From contig JAYTHP010000093.1 of the NCBI GenBank assembly GCA_043732485.1, forward strand, positions 1 through 14,488: 14,488 bases of DNA, in the 5' to 3' direction. Positions 1-8,678 of the stretch are shown here, one piece after another. The number at the start of each line of letters is the position of its first letter. Position 1 is the stretch's first letter. Position numbers and translations under genes: made by a program. Origin of the DNA: Oligoflexia bacterium (lineage in GTDB: Bacteria > Bdellovibrionota > UBA1018). The notes under the pieces are model-generated. The model saw only the letters and a list, made by a program, of their open reading frames with translations, ran no database searches and had not been told where the DNA came from.

Positions 1-480
1 ATTCGCAAAAACGGTTTGCTGCTCATGCTTCTACCCTCGATGAACAAAAATTTTAAAACCTACATCAAAAAGGAGCTGACTTGGGGGCAGGCATCGCCTA
101 TGAGTGAGCTGCAAAACCAGACCGAGATCGATGCTTTTGAATGCCTTGGCGTCGCGCACTTTCAATTCAATCAAGATCCAGGCTTCTTGCTGCTAGGACT
201 CAAGAAACAGGCACTAGTCGAGATGGTCTCTTTAATCATGAAAAAGAGTTGCAAGTGGGAAGATCCAGGCGTGCAAGAATGGTTAGCTGAGCTACTCAAC
301 TCGAGCTTAGGTTCCCTGAAGGTGGCGCTGCGCAATCAAGGGCATGTGTTTCAGTTTGGTTTGCCAACGGTGATGGCTGGCGCGGCGCTTTCGGAGTTTA
401 AAAAAACAAAAGCCAGCGTGTCATGTGAGCAAATCGAGGGCACAGGACCCTTTGGTCAATGCTCGCTCCTGATCGGATAG
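1..480 (+). CDS. CheX/CheC-like chemotaxis phosphatase domain protein (probably 5'-partial)
   Basis: Frame +1 is open from base 1. WLAELLNSSLGSLKVALRNQGHVFQFGLPTVMAG resembles the CheX C-terminal pattern (ExxN...G...F.L.LP.V..G), and the ExxN motif (ELLN) is intact. Confidence 0.65.
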   Translation: MRKNGLLLMLLPSMNKNFKTYIKKELTWGQASPMSELQNQTEIDAFECLGVAHFQFNQDPGFLLLGLKKQALVEMVSLIMKKSCKWEDPGVQEWLAELLNSSLGSLKVALRNQGHVFQFGLPTVMAGAALSEFKKTKASVSCEQIEGTGPFGQCSLLIG

Positions 481-553
481 TTGTAGCCGGATCAACAAAG
501 AGTGCCTTTTCAGCGAGCTTTGTCAGTGCTTCCGCGGCAGGCCTTGCAAGAGG

Positions 554-926
554 GTAACAGCGCGAGGGAATGACAGGATAGTGAGGGGGCCTTTCTCCTA
601 TTGCATCCAGGCCCCGTTCGCAAAGCGTGCTCAATCCCAGCCTAGCCTAGTACAAGACGCTCCAGTCGATTGGAGGCGGTTTTCATGTTAAAGCGCTGGA
701 ATTACAGACGAGGGCGCAACAGCCCTCCTGGGAGAGCTCGGGCGAGTGCTTGAGTTTGCGAAACAATCTCATTAGCGAGGGTGGAGCCAGATCGATGGCT
801 CATGCCCTATCGGGGATCCATCATCGCAATCGCCTGGCGCGCATCGATCTCGAGGGCAACAGCATTGGCGAAGGGGGGCAGCAAGCACTCAGATAAGCGG
901 CGCCGAACTGCACTTTTTATTTTTAA
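554..926 (+). pseudogene. Decayed leucine-rich repeat (RI-like LRR) protein, C-terminal fragment
   Basis: Frame +3 750-926 reads LSLRNNLISEGGARSMAHALSGIHHRNRLARIDLEGNSIGEGGQQALR*AAPNCTFYF* (internal TAA 894-896). Frame +2 698-730 reads GITDEGATALL. Weaker pieces are VTARGN (554-571) and DSEGAFLLL (577-603). These fit LxLxxNxIxxxGAxALA repeats broken by frameshifts and stops. Confidence 0.75.
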
Positions 927-1486
927 GAGCGCCTGAGGGGCTGGTGGATCGACCTCCCTCTTCAGCTTCCCTATGATGATACCTCTTACCGCAGGGTTAA
1001 GACTTGAAACACTTGGGCTAGAGCTTTGGGGACGGGGCGATTTTGAGGGGCTAAAATCCTAGCCAGGGTGGCTTTAGAGGTTTTTTATTTTTTGCAACCT
1101 CGGCTTTTTGGGCTACTTTACTCACGACCGTGGCCTGGGTTTCGAGGATCGCCTGAAAAGCCTCAAGATCGACCCCCTTTCAACAATGCACGAATGCAAA
1201 GAAAATGAAGGTTCTATTTTGGAGAGCTTTTTTTGGTGAGTGCTTGAACAGCAGGACGGTTGAGCTGAATGGAACCGGCAGGAGGTTTCTTTTTTACAGA
1301 GGTTTCAGTCCTTTTTTTCTGATATTCCCTTCTCATCTTGGGTCAAAAGGTCGATGGCAACTGACCCCTCTTAAAGTCATCCGACTGTTCTGCTGCTCCT
1401 GGAACTCTGCCATTGCGGAAGAGACGGTGCAGGCGAAAATCGTGGCGACCGGGTGCAAGGATTGAGTTAAAATTGATTGATTTCAA
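927..1486 (-). pseudogene. Probable decayed gene for a secreted repeat-containing protein
   Basis: Minus-strand fragments in shifting frames: LKSINFNSILAP / VATIFACTVSSAMAEFQEQQ (signal-peptide-like), KGVDLEAFQAILETQATVVSKVAQKAEVAKNKKPLKPPWLGF* (1179-1051) and KLKREVDPPAPQALL. The last two share a DNA repeat at 930-954 and 1150-1174. Confidence 0.35.
930..1174. repeat. Degenerate direct repeat CGCCTGA-N3-GC-N5-GATCGACC, two copies 220 bp apart
   Basis: Copies at 930-954 and 1150-1174 have identical internal spacing, and both continue into a CCCT(C)TTCA tract. A possible partial third copy (GACCCCTCTTAA) lies near 1363-1374. Confidence 0.55.
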
Positions 1487-1661
1487 TGGCTTGCATTAAT
1501 AATTGCGACGATGGTTCTTGTCTTTTGCTGCCAAGGGGAGCGCAGCAAAGCCGCGAGGAGTTATAGGTGCGATTTTAGCTTAACTTTTTTGCAAGTGTTT
1601 TCGATAGGTGGAGGTGAGAACTCACTTTTACTTACCGTTTCAAGCGTTTTTTTTGCAGCGG

Positions 1662-3404
1662 ATGAGTCGTGTTGCTGCCATTTTGCTAGGGGCACTGATC
1701 CCGTGTTTTGTGATGCAAGGGACTGGATTTGCTTATCCTTTTGGCGAGCTGATGAATAACGATGCACTCAATGGCCAGAAGTTCGATTCACCCCAAGAAT
1801 TAAAGCAGGCTGAAGGGGACGCCGCGCTTTTCATTCGCCAACCTCTGAGACCGAAGGATGCTGCCATTTGCTGGAAGGATGGCATGTTTTCACCTGTCAG
1901 CCCCATTTGTTTGAGTGATCTTGATGCCCCAGTACCCGTGGCTCAGGTCCATCACTGGCAATCTAAGCGGGTCAAAAAGCTTGCCCTGCAGATGGCAGCT
2001 GAGCAGTTTTTAAAAGGACACCCTGAAAAAATCGATTTACAAGTCAGCGCTGGTTCCTTAAGCAGTGCCCTGAAGAAACGAGCTCATGCCTCGCGTTTGC
2101 AAGCAATGCTCGAGCAAAGTTTTGAAAAACTCATGCAGCCGCAGGTGTGTTTTTCACAGTCGGTTTACCTGGCCTCAGCCACCTTTTTTGAGGAGAAGTT
2201 GCAAGAAGGATCTTTGCAAAAGGCAGTGCAGCTGTACGAAAAGTCTTTACGTTGCGCTGACGCTTTTTCGTCCCATCAAGCCGCCTATCGCTTAGGCTTA
2301 TTGGCATTTTTAAAAAAAGATTACCAACGGGCCTTGAGCTTTTTAACGCCGCTCATTCGCATGAACGATGAGGACAAAGAAATGGACGTTCGCATGCGAG
2401 CGGCCTTTTGGGGCTTGATGTGTCATAGTAAGCTTGGGCATCAAGATCAGTTCAATTTACTGCGAGAAAAGTTTTTAAGAGATTACCCCCTCAGTTTTCA
2501 TGCCTTAACCCTGCAGGAACTGAGCGGCAAGCACCCCTTTCATGAGGAGGAGCCCATTGAGGTGCTCACTCGCTCGGTGTTGTCGCCCCAATTATCGCGA
2601 ACCACCCGCTTAGTCGAATTGCTTTTAAAAAATAAAGAAAAGACGCTTGCTGCTCAGTTGTTATCCGACCAGATGGATCACCTGGTCGGTCTGGAGCCAG
2701 CGTTTCAGTTGTATTGGGTGGTTTTGCTAAAACGGGCGCAATCGACCCTTTCTGGCTTTGAGATCCTCCGTGCGGTCTTTCGTGAGCATCCTAACTGGAT
2801 GACGCCAAGTACCCTGAAGCTGATGTATCCGGTGCCTTTTTTACAAAAAATCCAAGGCTTACACCTGAGCGAGGATCCCTTTTTCCTGCTCTCCATCATG
2901 CGACAAGAAAGCGCTTTTAACCCCAATGCTCGCAGTCCGACTGGAGCCCTGGGTTTGATGCAGGTCCAGCCGCAAACCGCCAGGCAGATTAAAAAACGGG
3001 TGACTAAGGCTCAGCTGGTTCAGCCGGAGGTGAACATTCAAATTGGATCCCTTTATGTCAAAAAGTTACTCGAGCGCTTCCCTGGCGAACCTGAATTAGC
3101 CATTGGCGCTTATAATGCCGGACCCAGTCGCATGGAGCAGTGGCTAAGAAATTATCCCATTGACCAGAAATTACTGTTTATCGATTTCTTACCGGTGGTC
3201 GAAACGAGAGACTATATCACCTCAGTGATGAAGAATTTTTTCTGGTACCATGCCCTCTATCACACCGAAATCCCAAGCGATCTGGCCAGTACGCAGTCCC
3301 AAGCTCTAGCCGACAAGCCTGGCGAGCGTAACCCAGCCGCCAGCCAACCTGAATCCTCGGAACAGTTTTTCCTGCTTTTTAAAAGGATTTTTAAAGATTT
3401 CTAG
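1662..3404 (+). CDS. Secreted lytic transglycosylase (Slt70-like; TPR-like helical region plus SLT domain)
   Basis: SLT motifs SIMRQESAFNPNARSPTGALGLMQV (catalytic Glu), NIQIGSLY, AYNAG and ETRDY. TPR-like helices include HQAAYRLGLLAFLKKDYQRALSFL. ATG 1662 gives a signal peptide (MSRVAAILLGALIPCFVMQGTGFA), preferred over the ORF-track start at 1608. Confidence 0.92.
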   Translation: MSRVAAILLGALIPCFVMQGTGFAYPFGELMNNDALNGQKFDSPQELKQAEGDAALFIRQPLRPKDAAICWKDGMFSPVSPICLSDLDAPVPVAQVHHWQSKRVKKLALQMAAEQFLKGHPEKIDLQVSAGSLSSALKKRAHASRLQAMLEQSFEKLMQPQVCFSQSVYLASATFFEEKLQEGSLQKAVQLYEKSLRCADAFSSHQAAYRLGLLAFLKKDYQRALSFLTPLIRMNDEDKEMDVRMRAAFWGLMCHSKLGHQDQFNLLREKFLRDYPLSFHALTLQELSGKHPFHEEEPIEVLTRSVLSPQLSRTTRLVELLLKNKEKTLAAQLLSDQMDHLVGLEPAFQLYWVVLLKRAQSTLSGFEILRAVFREHPNWMTPSTLKLMYPVPFLQKIQGLHLSEDPFFLLSIMRQESAFNPNARSPTGALGLMQVQPQTARQIKKRVTKAQLVQPEVNIQIGSLYVKKLLERFPGEPELAIGAYNAGPSRMEQWLRNYPIDQKLLFIDFLPVVETRDYITSVMKNFFWYHALYHTEIPSDLASTQSQALADKPGERNPAASQPESSEQFFLLFKRIFKDF

Positions 3405-3481
3405 CGCGGGTACAGATTTTGTAAGCATGATGCAAAAAATAGGAAAAAAACGCTTTTACCTATGCTAGCCTCACAGGATTC

Positions 3482-4642
3482 ATGAAATTTCTTGCCACTG
3501 TTTTTTTTGTTCTTGCGCTCCTTCATTGTTTTTCCATTAACGCCTTAAAAAAAGAGTTCAGGCGGCTAAAAAAAGACCATCCCCGTGCTGATCGTTGGTG
3601 GGCTTTGCTCAGCCCAGCCACGGAAATTGAAACCGCAGTGGCACTGTGGGCTTTGGGTTTATTGGTAGTACAAACCACGCTCACGGGATGGGCTACTACC
3701 CATGCGTTCTTGCTGAGCTTAAATTTTCGAGAAATTTTCATCCTCTTCGTGATTCTCTGTTTTAGCTCCAGTCCGGCACTTTTTTTGCCACTGCAATGGC
3801 TCACTCGGCGGATTAGCAAGCGGTTTGCAAAAAAAGAAGTTTTTGCTTTTTATTTTCTCACCTTAGGCGTTTGGCCGCTGCTCGGGAGTGTCATTTCAGA
3901 GCCGGCTGCGATGGTGCTGGTGGCGCTGTTGATTGAGCGTCACGAGCTTTTAATTGGGGTCTCGCACCGCTTAAGGTATCTCACCCTAGCGATCCTCTTC
4001 GTCAATATCTCAGTCGGTGGCACCTTAAGTTCGTTTGCTGCACCCCCGGTGTTGCTCGCAGCCCCGCTTTGGGGTTGGGACTCGCGCTTTATGTTCACCC
4101 ACTTCGGCTGGAAGGCCTGTTCGGCGGTTTGGCTCAACACCGCCGGGGTTTTATGGCTTTGCAGGAAGGAACTGCGTAAACAGGTCTTGCCGCCGCTTGC
4201 TCAACTTTTAGCCCAGCAGGAACGCCATTCGTTGCGTTTTTCGCTCTTACAAGTGCGTCTCAGTTTCAATGTGGCGCTTTTTCTTGCGGCCTTGCTGATC
4301 CTGGGAAAACCGCAAAGCTGGTGGCTGCAGTTGATCTTTGATGCCGCAACACCGGACTGGCAGCTATTTTTAGGCAGTACGCTGCTCACCTCGATCATCG
4401 ATAATGCCGCGCTCACTACCCTTGCTACTCAGGTGCCTGAGCTTCAGCCTGCAGCCCAGTACGCCGTGATGGCTGGCGCAGTGACAGGAGGTGGTCTGAC
4501 GCTGCTTGCTAATGCCCCGAATCTCATGGGCTTTGAGATCCTAGCGCGACACTTTCAGCCGCAAGGCTTAGGGGTGGTGGAGTTGTTGAAAGCCAGTCTT
4601 TTACCGACCTTGCTCACGATGGCTTGTTTTTGGCTATTGTGA
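3482..4642 (+). CDS. Putative Na+/H+ antiporter (Na_H_antiport_3 / DUF1504-like, IT superfamily)
   Basis: Multi-TM protein with family motifs LGSVISEPAAM, LFVNISVGGTLSSFAAPPVL, LTSIIDNAALT and AGAVTGGGLTLLANAPN. Confidence 0.85.
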   Translation: MKFLATVFFVLALLHCFSINALKKEFRRLKKDHPRADRWWALLSPATEIETAVALWALGLLVVQTTLTGWATTHAFLLSLNFREIFILFVILCFSSSPALFLPLQWLTRRISKRFAKKEVFAFYFLTLGVWPLLGSVISEPAAMVLVALLIERHELLIGVSHRLRYLTLAILFVNISVGGTLSSFAAPPVLLAAPLWGWDSRFMFTHFGWKACSAVWLNTAGVLWLCRKELRKQVLPPLAQLLAQQERHSLRFSLLQVRLSFNVALFLAALLILGKPQSWWLQLIFDAATPDWQLFLGSTLLTSIIDNAALTTLATQVPELQPAAQYAVMAGAVTGGGLTLLANAPNLMGFEILARHFQPQGLGVVELLKASLLPTLLTMACFWLL

Positions 4643-4672
4643 GTTAGAACACAGCATGCTAAAGCATCCCAG

Positions 4673-5680
4673 ATGCAAGCAAGACAACCTGCCGAATGGC
4701 AACCACATCAGACTTGTTGGACTGCCTGGCCCAGCCGCGAGGACCTTTGGGGTGAGAATCTGCCCCGGGTGCAAGCAGAAATGGTGCAGTTTTGCCAAGC
4801 CATTGCGGAGTCCGAGCCTGTGAGCCTCCTCGTGCAATCGCCGGAGGCTGCAACAGTCGCAAGAGAGCGGCTTGCAGGTCTTGACATTAGCTATTACGTT
4901 GAGCCTTTTGGCGATATCTGGATTCGCGATACCGGACCCATTTTCTTGCAAGTCACCTCACAAGTCGGCGCAGTGCAAACCCATGCCGCCCGGTTCTCCT
5001 TCAATGGTTGGGGAGAAAAGTATCTTTTCCCTGAAGACCTTGATCTTGCGGAGCGGATTGCTCATCGGAGTGGCGCGCAGGTCCTGGCGTTTCCTTGGGT
5101 TTTAGAAGGTGGATCGCTAGAAGTTGATGGCCAAGGAATGGCGATCACTACGGAAGAGTGTCTGTTGAACCCTAATCGCAACCGGGATTGTAGCCGGGAG
5201 ACGATTGAAGGGTATTTGCGAGAGCTTGGGATTGCAAAGGTGATCTGGCTGCGCAAGGGGCTAGCCAATGATCACACCGACGGCCATATTGATAATCTAG
5301 CACGGTTTGTGGCCCCGGGCGTGGTGTTGTGTATGCGAAGTGCGTCTCGTTCTGACCCCAATAGCGCGGTGCTCAGTGAAATTGAGGATCGCTTAAAAAG
5401 CGCACGGGATCAGCAAGGAAAAGCTTTGCAGGTCATGACGATCTCCTCGCCAGGTGAGGTCGTTGATGATCAAGGCAGGCTGATGCCTGCCAGTTATATG
5501 AACTTTTATATTGCCAACGCGGCAGTCGTGGTGCCGCAGTTTGGTGTCAGTTCGGACCAGCCAGCGCTTGCATTGATTCAAAGTTGTTTTCCTAAGCGAC
5601 GCGTGGTGGGTGTCTCGGCCTTAGGTCTTTTAACCGGTGGAGGAGCTTTTCATTGTATCACCCAACAGCAACCCCTGTAA
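4673..5680 (+). CDS. aguA: Agmatine deiminase (PAD_porph family)
   Basis: PAEWQPH, DIWIRDTGP, FNGWGEKY, LEGGSLEVDGQG, DHTDGHIDN, ASYMNF and C-terminal GGGAFHCITQQQP with the catalytic Cys. Confidence 0.96.
   Translation: MQARQPAEWQPHQTCWTAWPSREDLWGENLPRVQAEMVQFCQAIAESEPVSLLVQSPEAATVARERLAGLDISYYVEPFGDIWIRDTGPIFLQVTSQVGAVQTHAARFSFNGWGEKYLFPEDLDLAERIAHRSGAQVLAFPWVLEGGSLEVDGQGMAITTEECLLNPNRNRDCSRETIEGYLRELGIAKVIWLRKGLANDHTDGHIDNLARFVAPGVVLCMRSASRSDPNSAVLSEIEDRLKSARDQQGKALQVMTISSPGEVVDDQGRLMPASYMNFYIANAAVVVPQFGVSSDQPALALIQSCFPKRRVVGVSALGLLTGGGAFHCITQQQPL
5641..5645 (+). promoter_or_regulatory. Shine-Dalgarno site (AGGAG) for the aguB TTG start
   Basis: GGAGGAG at 5639-5645 ends 7 nt before the in-frame TTG at 5653. 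Confidence 0.5.
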
Positions 5681-6528
5681 GAAAAATCACAGCGGCGGTT
5701 TTACAAAGCGCTTTTTCGCAAGACACCGCGGCAAACGTACGGCGGATGGAGCGCGCGGTCCGTGACGCGGCTCAGCAAGGCGCGCAGCTGATTCTCATGC
5801 CTGAGCTTTTTGAAACTTGGTATTTTTGCCAGGAAGAAAAACAGCAGTATTTTGCTCTTGCGCATCCGGTGGAAGGGCATCCGACGCTGTTGCATTTTCA
5901 AAAGCTTGCCAAAGAGTTAGCGGTGGTCTTGCCGGTGTCTTTTTTTGAGAAGGCTGGACCCGTCTATTATAACAGCTGCGGGATGATTGACGCAGATGGC
6001 ACGCTCTTGGGGGTTTACCGCAAGAGCCACATTCCGGATGGTCCAGGGTACGAGGAAAAGTTTTATTTTAGGCCAGGGAATACCGGCTTTAAGGTCTGGA
6101 AGACGAAAATTGGCAACCTAGGTGTTGGGATTTGCTGGGATCAGTGGTTTCCAGAGTGTGCCAGGGCGCTTGCCTTGCAAGGAGCAGAATTGTTACTTTA
6201 CCCGACGGCCATTGGGTCAGAGCCTAATGGGCTAGATACCGGACTTGATACAAAAGACCCGTGGCAACGAGTGATGATCGGTCATGCGGTGGCCAATATG
6301 ATCCCGGTGCTTGCCGCCAATCGCGTTGGGCAAGAGGGTACGCAAAGCTTTTATGGGCACTCCTTTCTGGTCAATCACTTAGGCGAAAAGCAGGCGGAGC
6401 TGAACCGGGAGGAGTCGGGAGTGGCGCTTGCTACCTTCGACTTGCAGAAAATTCAGCTCGACCGCGCGGCCTTTGGGTTCTTTCGCGACCGCAGGCCGGA
6501 GCTTTATCACGACCTCACCACTCCGTAA
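5653..6528 (+). CDS. aguB: N-carbamoylputrescine amidase (nitrilase family)
   Basis: Nitrilase triad Glu (LMPELF), Lys (YRKSHIPDGPGYEEKFYFRPG) and Cys (ICWDQWFPE), plus YPTAIGSEP and FFRDRRPELY. It is adjacent to aguA. The start codon is uncertain. Confidence 0.96.
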   Translation: MYHPTATPVRKITAAVLQSAFSQDTAANVRRMERAVRDAAQQGAQLILMPELFETWYFCQEEKQQYFALAHPVEGHPTLLHFQKLAKELAVVLPVSFFEKAGPVYYNSCGMIDADGTLLGVYRKSHIPDGPGYEEKFYFRPGNTGFKVWKTKIGNLGVGICWDQWFPECARALALQGAELLLYPTAIGSEPNGLDTGLDTKDPWQRVMIGHAVANMIPVLAANRVGQEGTQSFYGHSFLVNHLGEKQAELNREESGVALATFDLQKIQLDRAAFGFFRDRRPELYHDLTTP

Positions 6529-6552
6529 GTGCAGTGAGGTGATGGTCGAGGC

Positions 6553-6795
6553 TTAGTTTTGCAGGGCTTGGAATTCCTTAAAGAGGCTAAAGACCTGTGA
6601 GCCGGTTTGATAGGTCACCCAGATGGAAAAAGCGGTGACGAGAAGGACGACCAGGGTTAAAATCCATTTTTTTGGTTTTGAGAGCCGTTGGCTGATCCAA
6701 ATGAGCGGGAGGGCTGCAGGACCCAGCACCAGAATGCTGAGGGTTAGCAGCCAGTAACTGTCGGCAAACCGGGTCTTGAGTTGTTGGAGATCCAT
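6553..6795 (-). CDS. Small hypothetical membrane protein (2 TM, 80 aa)
   Basis: MDLQQLKTRF...LLTLSILVLGPAALPLIWISQRLSKPKKWILTLVVLLVTAFSIWV has two hydrophobic segments around a basic loop. ATG 6795 is preceded by AAGGA. The longer ORF-track extension to 6930 looks non-coding. Confidence 0.7.
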   Translation of the reverse strand: MDLQQLKTRFADSYWLLTLSILVLGPAALPLIWISQRLSKPKKWILTLVVLLVTAFSIWVTYQTGSQVFSLFKEFQALQN

Positions 6796-6974
6796 GGGGG
6801 TGTTTTTCCTTTGAGGGTCAGTAACTTTTCTGTTCATTTTAGCGAAAATGGCGTATTTTCGGAAGCAAATTGAGCAAGCATCGAGCAAGTAAGGGTGAAA
6901 GTGAGCCAAGCCTAACGCAAAGCGACCCAAAGTCCACCCTCTTTTGCTCTCCTAGGCGCTTGATGAAAAAAGCC

Positions 6975-7003
6975 GTGACTCACAGGCCAATGACGGTTAA
7001 AAT
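6975..7003 (+). promoter_or_regulatory. Candidate sigma70 promoter (upstream) for the DEAD-box helicase
   Basis: GTGACT (6975-6980) - 17 nt - TAAAAT (6998-7003). Confidence 0.4.
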
Positions 7004-7017
7004 CGAGAAATTGAGTC

Positions 7018-7046
7018 TTGAAGGTCGCGTCTTTGCTTTCTAAAAT
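7018..7046 (+). promoter_or_regulatory. Candidate sigma70 promoter (downstream) for the DEAD-box helicase
   Basis: TTGAAG (7018-7023) - 17 nt - TAAAAT (7041-7046). Confidence 0.5.
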
Positions 7047-7269
7047 AGCAGGACTAGGGGGAAAAACGCACCCCGCGAAAAATTAAAGTCATGAGTGAGA
7101 GGAGTGGTGTGTCTGCCTCGCTCGCTCACTCTGACACTGACAATGTCACTGACTGTATCAATGACCCTTGAGCTTTAAGTTGAACACTGAGCTAGACTTT
7201 GAACTTTTGAGTACTTTCTTGGAAAGTAACGTAACTTGAGATCGCAACATTAAAATCTCTATTGGAAAA

Positions 7270-8508
7270 ATGATGACCGAATTGAACTCTGCAGAACCGA
7301 TCCCGTCCACTGGCAATGCTTGGAGCGAACTGGGCGTTGCACAAGCCACTATTGACTTACTCTTAAAGGCAGGCCTGACGAATCCCACTCCGATTCAAAA
7401 AGCGGCCATCCCCCTGGCGCTGGCAGGTAAAGATATCATCGCCACCGCGCAGACCGGAACCGGTAAGACGGCAGGCTTCGTTTTACCGATGATTGAAAAC
7501 TTGAGGGGCAAGGAAGGTACTTTGGGGCTTATTTTAGCGCCGACTCGAGAAATAGCGCAACAAATTCAAGCCGTTTTTGAAGGGTTTGGGGCACCCCAGG
7601 GGATTCGCTCCATCGTTTTAATCGGGGGTATAAATCTGCGACAAGATGATCTAGCGATTGCAACTTACCCGCAGGTGATTGTGGCCACACCAGGTCGGTT
7701 ATGTGACCATTTGGATCGCGGTAACCTATGGCTAGATTTTATGAAATGGCTGATCATTGATGAGGCAGACCGAATGCTGGACATGGGGTTTGCTGCCCAG
7801 CTCGGGCGGATCATGGAAGACATTCCTGATACCGCACAGACGATGATTTTTTCAGCGACGATTTCCCCTTCCGTGCGCAAGCTCGCCAATACCATTCTCT
7901 CAGAGCCTGAGTCTATCAGCATCGGCGCTGGCAACACGGCAGCTGACACGGTGGATCAGCGTATTTTTTGGCTGCAAGAGGAGTCCAAGGGCTCGGTCTT
8001 GCGACGCCTGATTGCTGATGAGCCAGGGACGTTGATTGTCTTCGTCCGCTCAAAGGACGCGGCTAGCCGACTGTTTCGCTCTTTGCAAAGCCGTAATTTT
8101 CGCGATGTTACCGTGATCCATTCTGATTTAAGGCAAGTGGACCGCGAGCAATCGCTGATTGACTTTAAAGAGGGTAAGTGTCGGGTGCTGATTGCCACGG
8201 ACATTGCAGGGCGTGGGATTCATGTCGATGCGGTGTCACACGTCGTCAATTACGATATCCCACGGGAGCCTGAGGACTATATCCACCGCATCGGGCGAAC
8301 AGGACGGAGCTTTGCGCGAGGCAAGGCCACCACTTTTGCCACTCAAAAGGACCAAAAAACGGTGGACGCTATTGAAGCCTTACTGCGTAAGAAGATTCCG
8401 TCTCAGACTATCGGCGCTCCCCCGCAGCAGCGACCACCCCTCAAGAAGCGACACCCTCAGCCCTTACCCCAGGCTGCAAACTGTGGGCGCTTGCAAGTCA
8501 AAAAATAG
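7270..8508 (+). CDS. DEAD-box ATP-dependent RNA helicase (RhlE-like)
   Basis: Q motif PTPIQ, AQTGTGKT, PTREIA, GG, TPGRL, DEAD, SAT, TDIAGRGI and HRIGRTGR, with a short basic/Pro-rich tail and no obvious DbpA-type domain. Confidence 0.96.
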   Translation: MMTELNSAEPIPSTGNAWSELGVAQATIDLLLKAGLTNPTPIQKAAIPLALAGKDIIATAQTGTGKTAGFVLPMIENLRGKEGTLGLILAPTREIAQQIQAVFEGFGAPQGIRSIVLIGGINLRQDDLAIATYPQVIVATPGRLCDHLDRGNLWLDFMKWLIIDEADRMLDMGFAAQLGRIMEDIPDTAQTMIFSATISPSVRKLANTILSEPESISIGAGNTAADTVDQRIFWLQEESKGSVLRRLIADEPGTLIVFVRSKDAASRLFRSLQSRNFRDVTVIHSDLRQVDREQSLIDFKEGKCRVLIATDIAGRGIHVDAVSHVVNYDIPREPEDYIHRIGRTGRSFARGKATTFATQKDQKTVDAIEALLRKKIPSQTIGAPPQQRPPLKKRHPQPLPQAANCGRLQVKK

Positions 8509-8658
8509 CGAGAGCAAGAGAGAGAAAAAAAACAAAGCCAGTAGGCAGGAAACACGGGGTAGCAAAGCTCTAAGTTTTCACACGCTTGAAGGAGTGTTTT
8601 CTGCTCATCAGACACACTCATCCACCCACACCTCTCGTGCTTTTAGGCAGAGGGCTTA

Positions 8659-8678
8659 AGCCAAATGAGCCAAATGAG
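8659..8678. repeat. 9-bp tandem duplication AGCCAAATG x2.2
   Basis: agccaaatg agccaaatg ag read directly from the sequence. Confidence 0.7.

Noticed and set aside
1205..1767. Short ORFs 1205-1465 (+), 1511-1759 (+) and 1561-1767 (-)
   Set aside because: No motifs. They are antisense to the putative relic or overlap the transglycosylase start.
8192..8659. 155-aa ORF overlapping the helicase 3' end, a possible frameshifted extension
   Set aside because: The helicase motifs are complete in the main frame, and the overlapping product has shadow-ORF composition.
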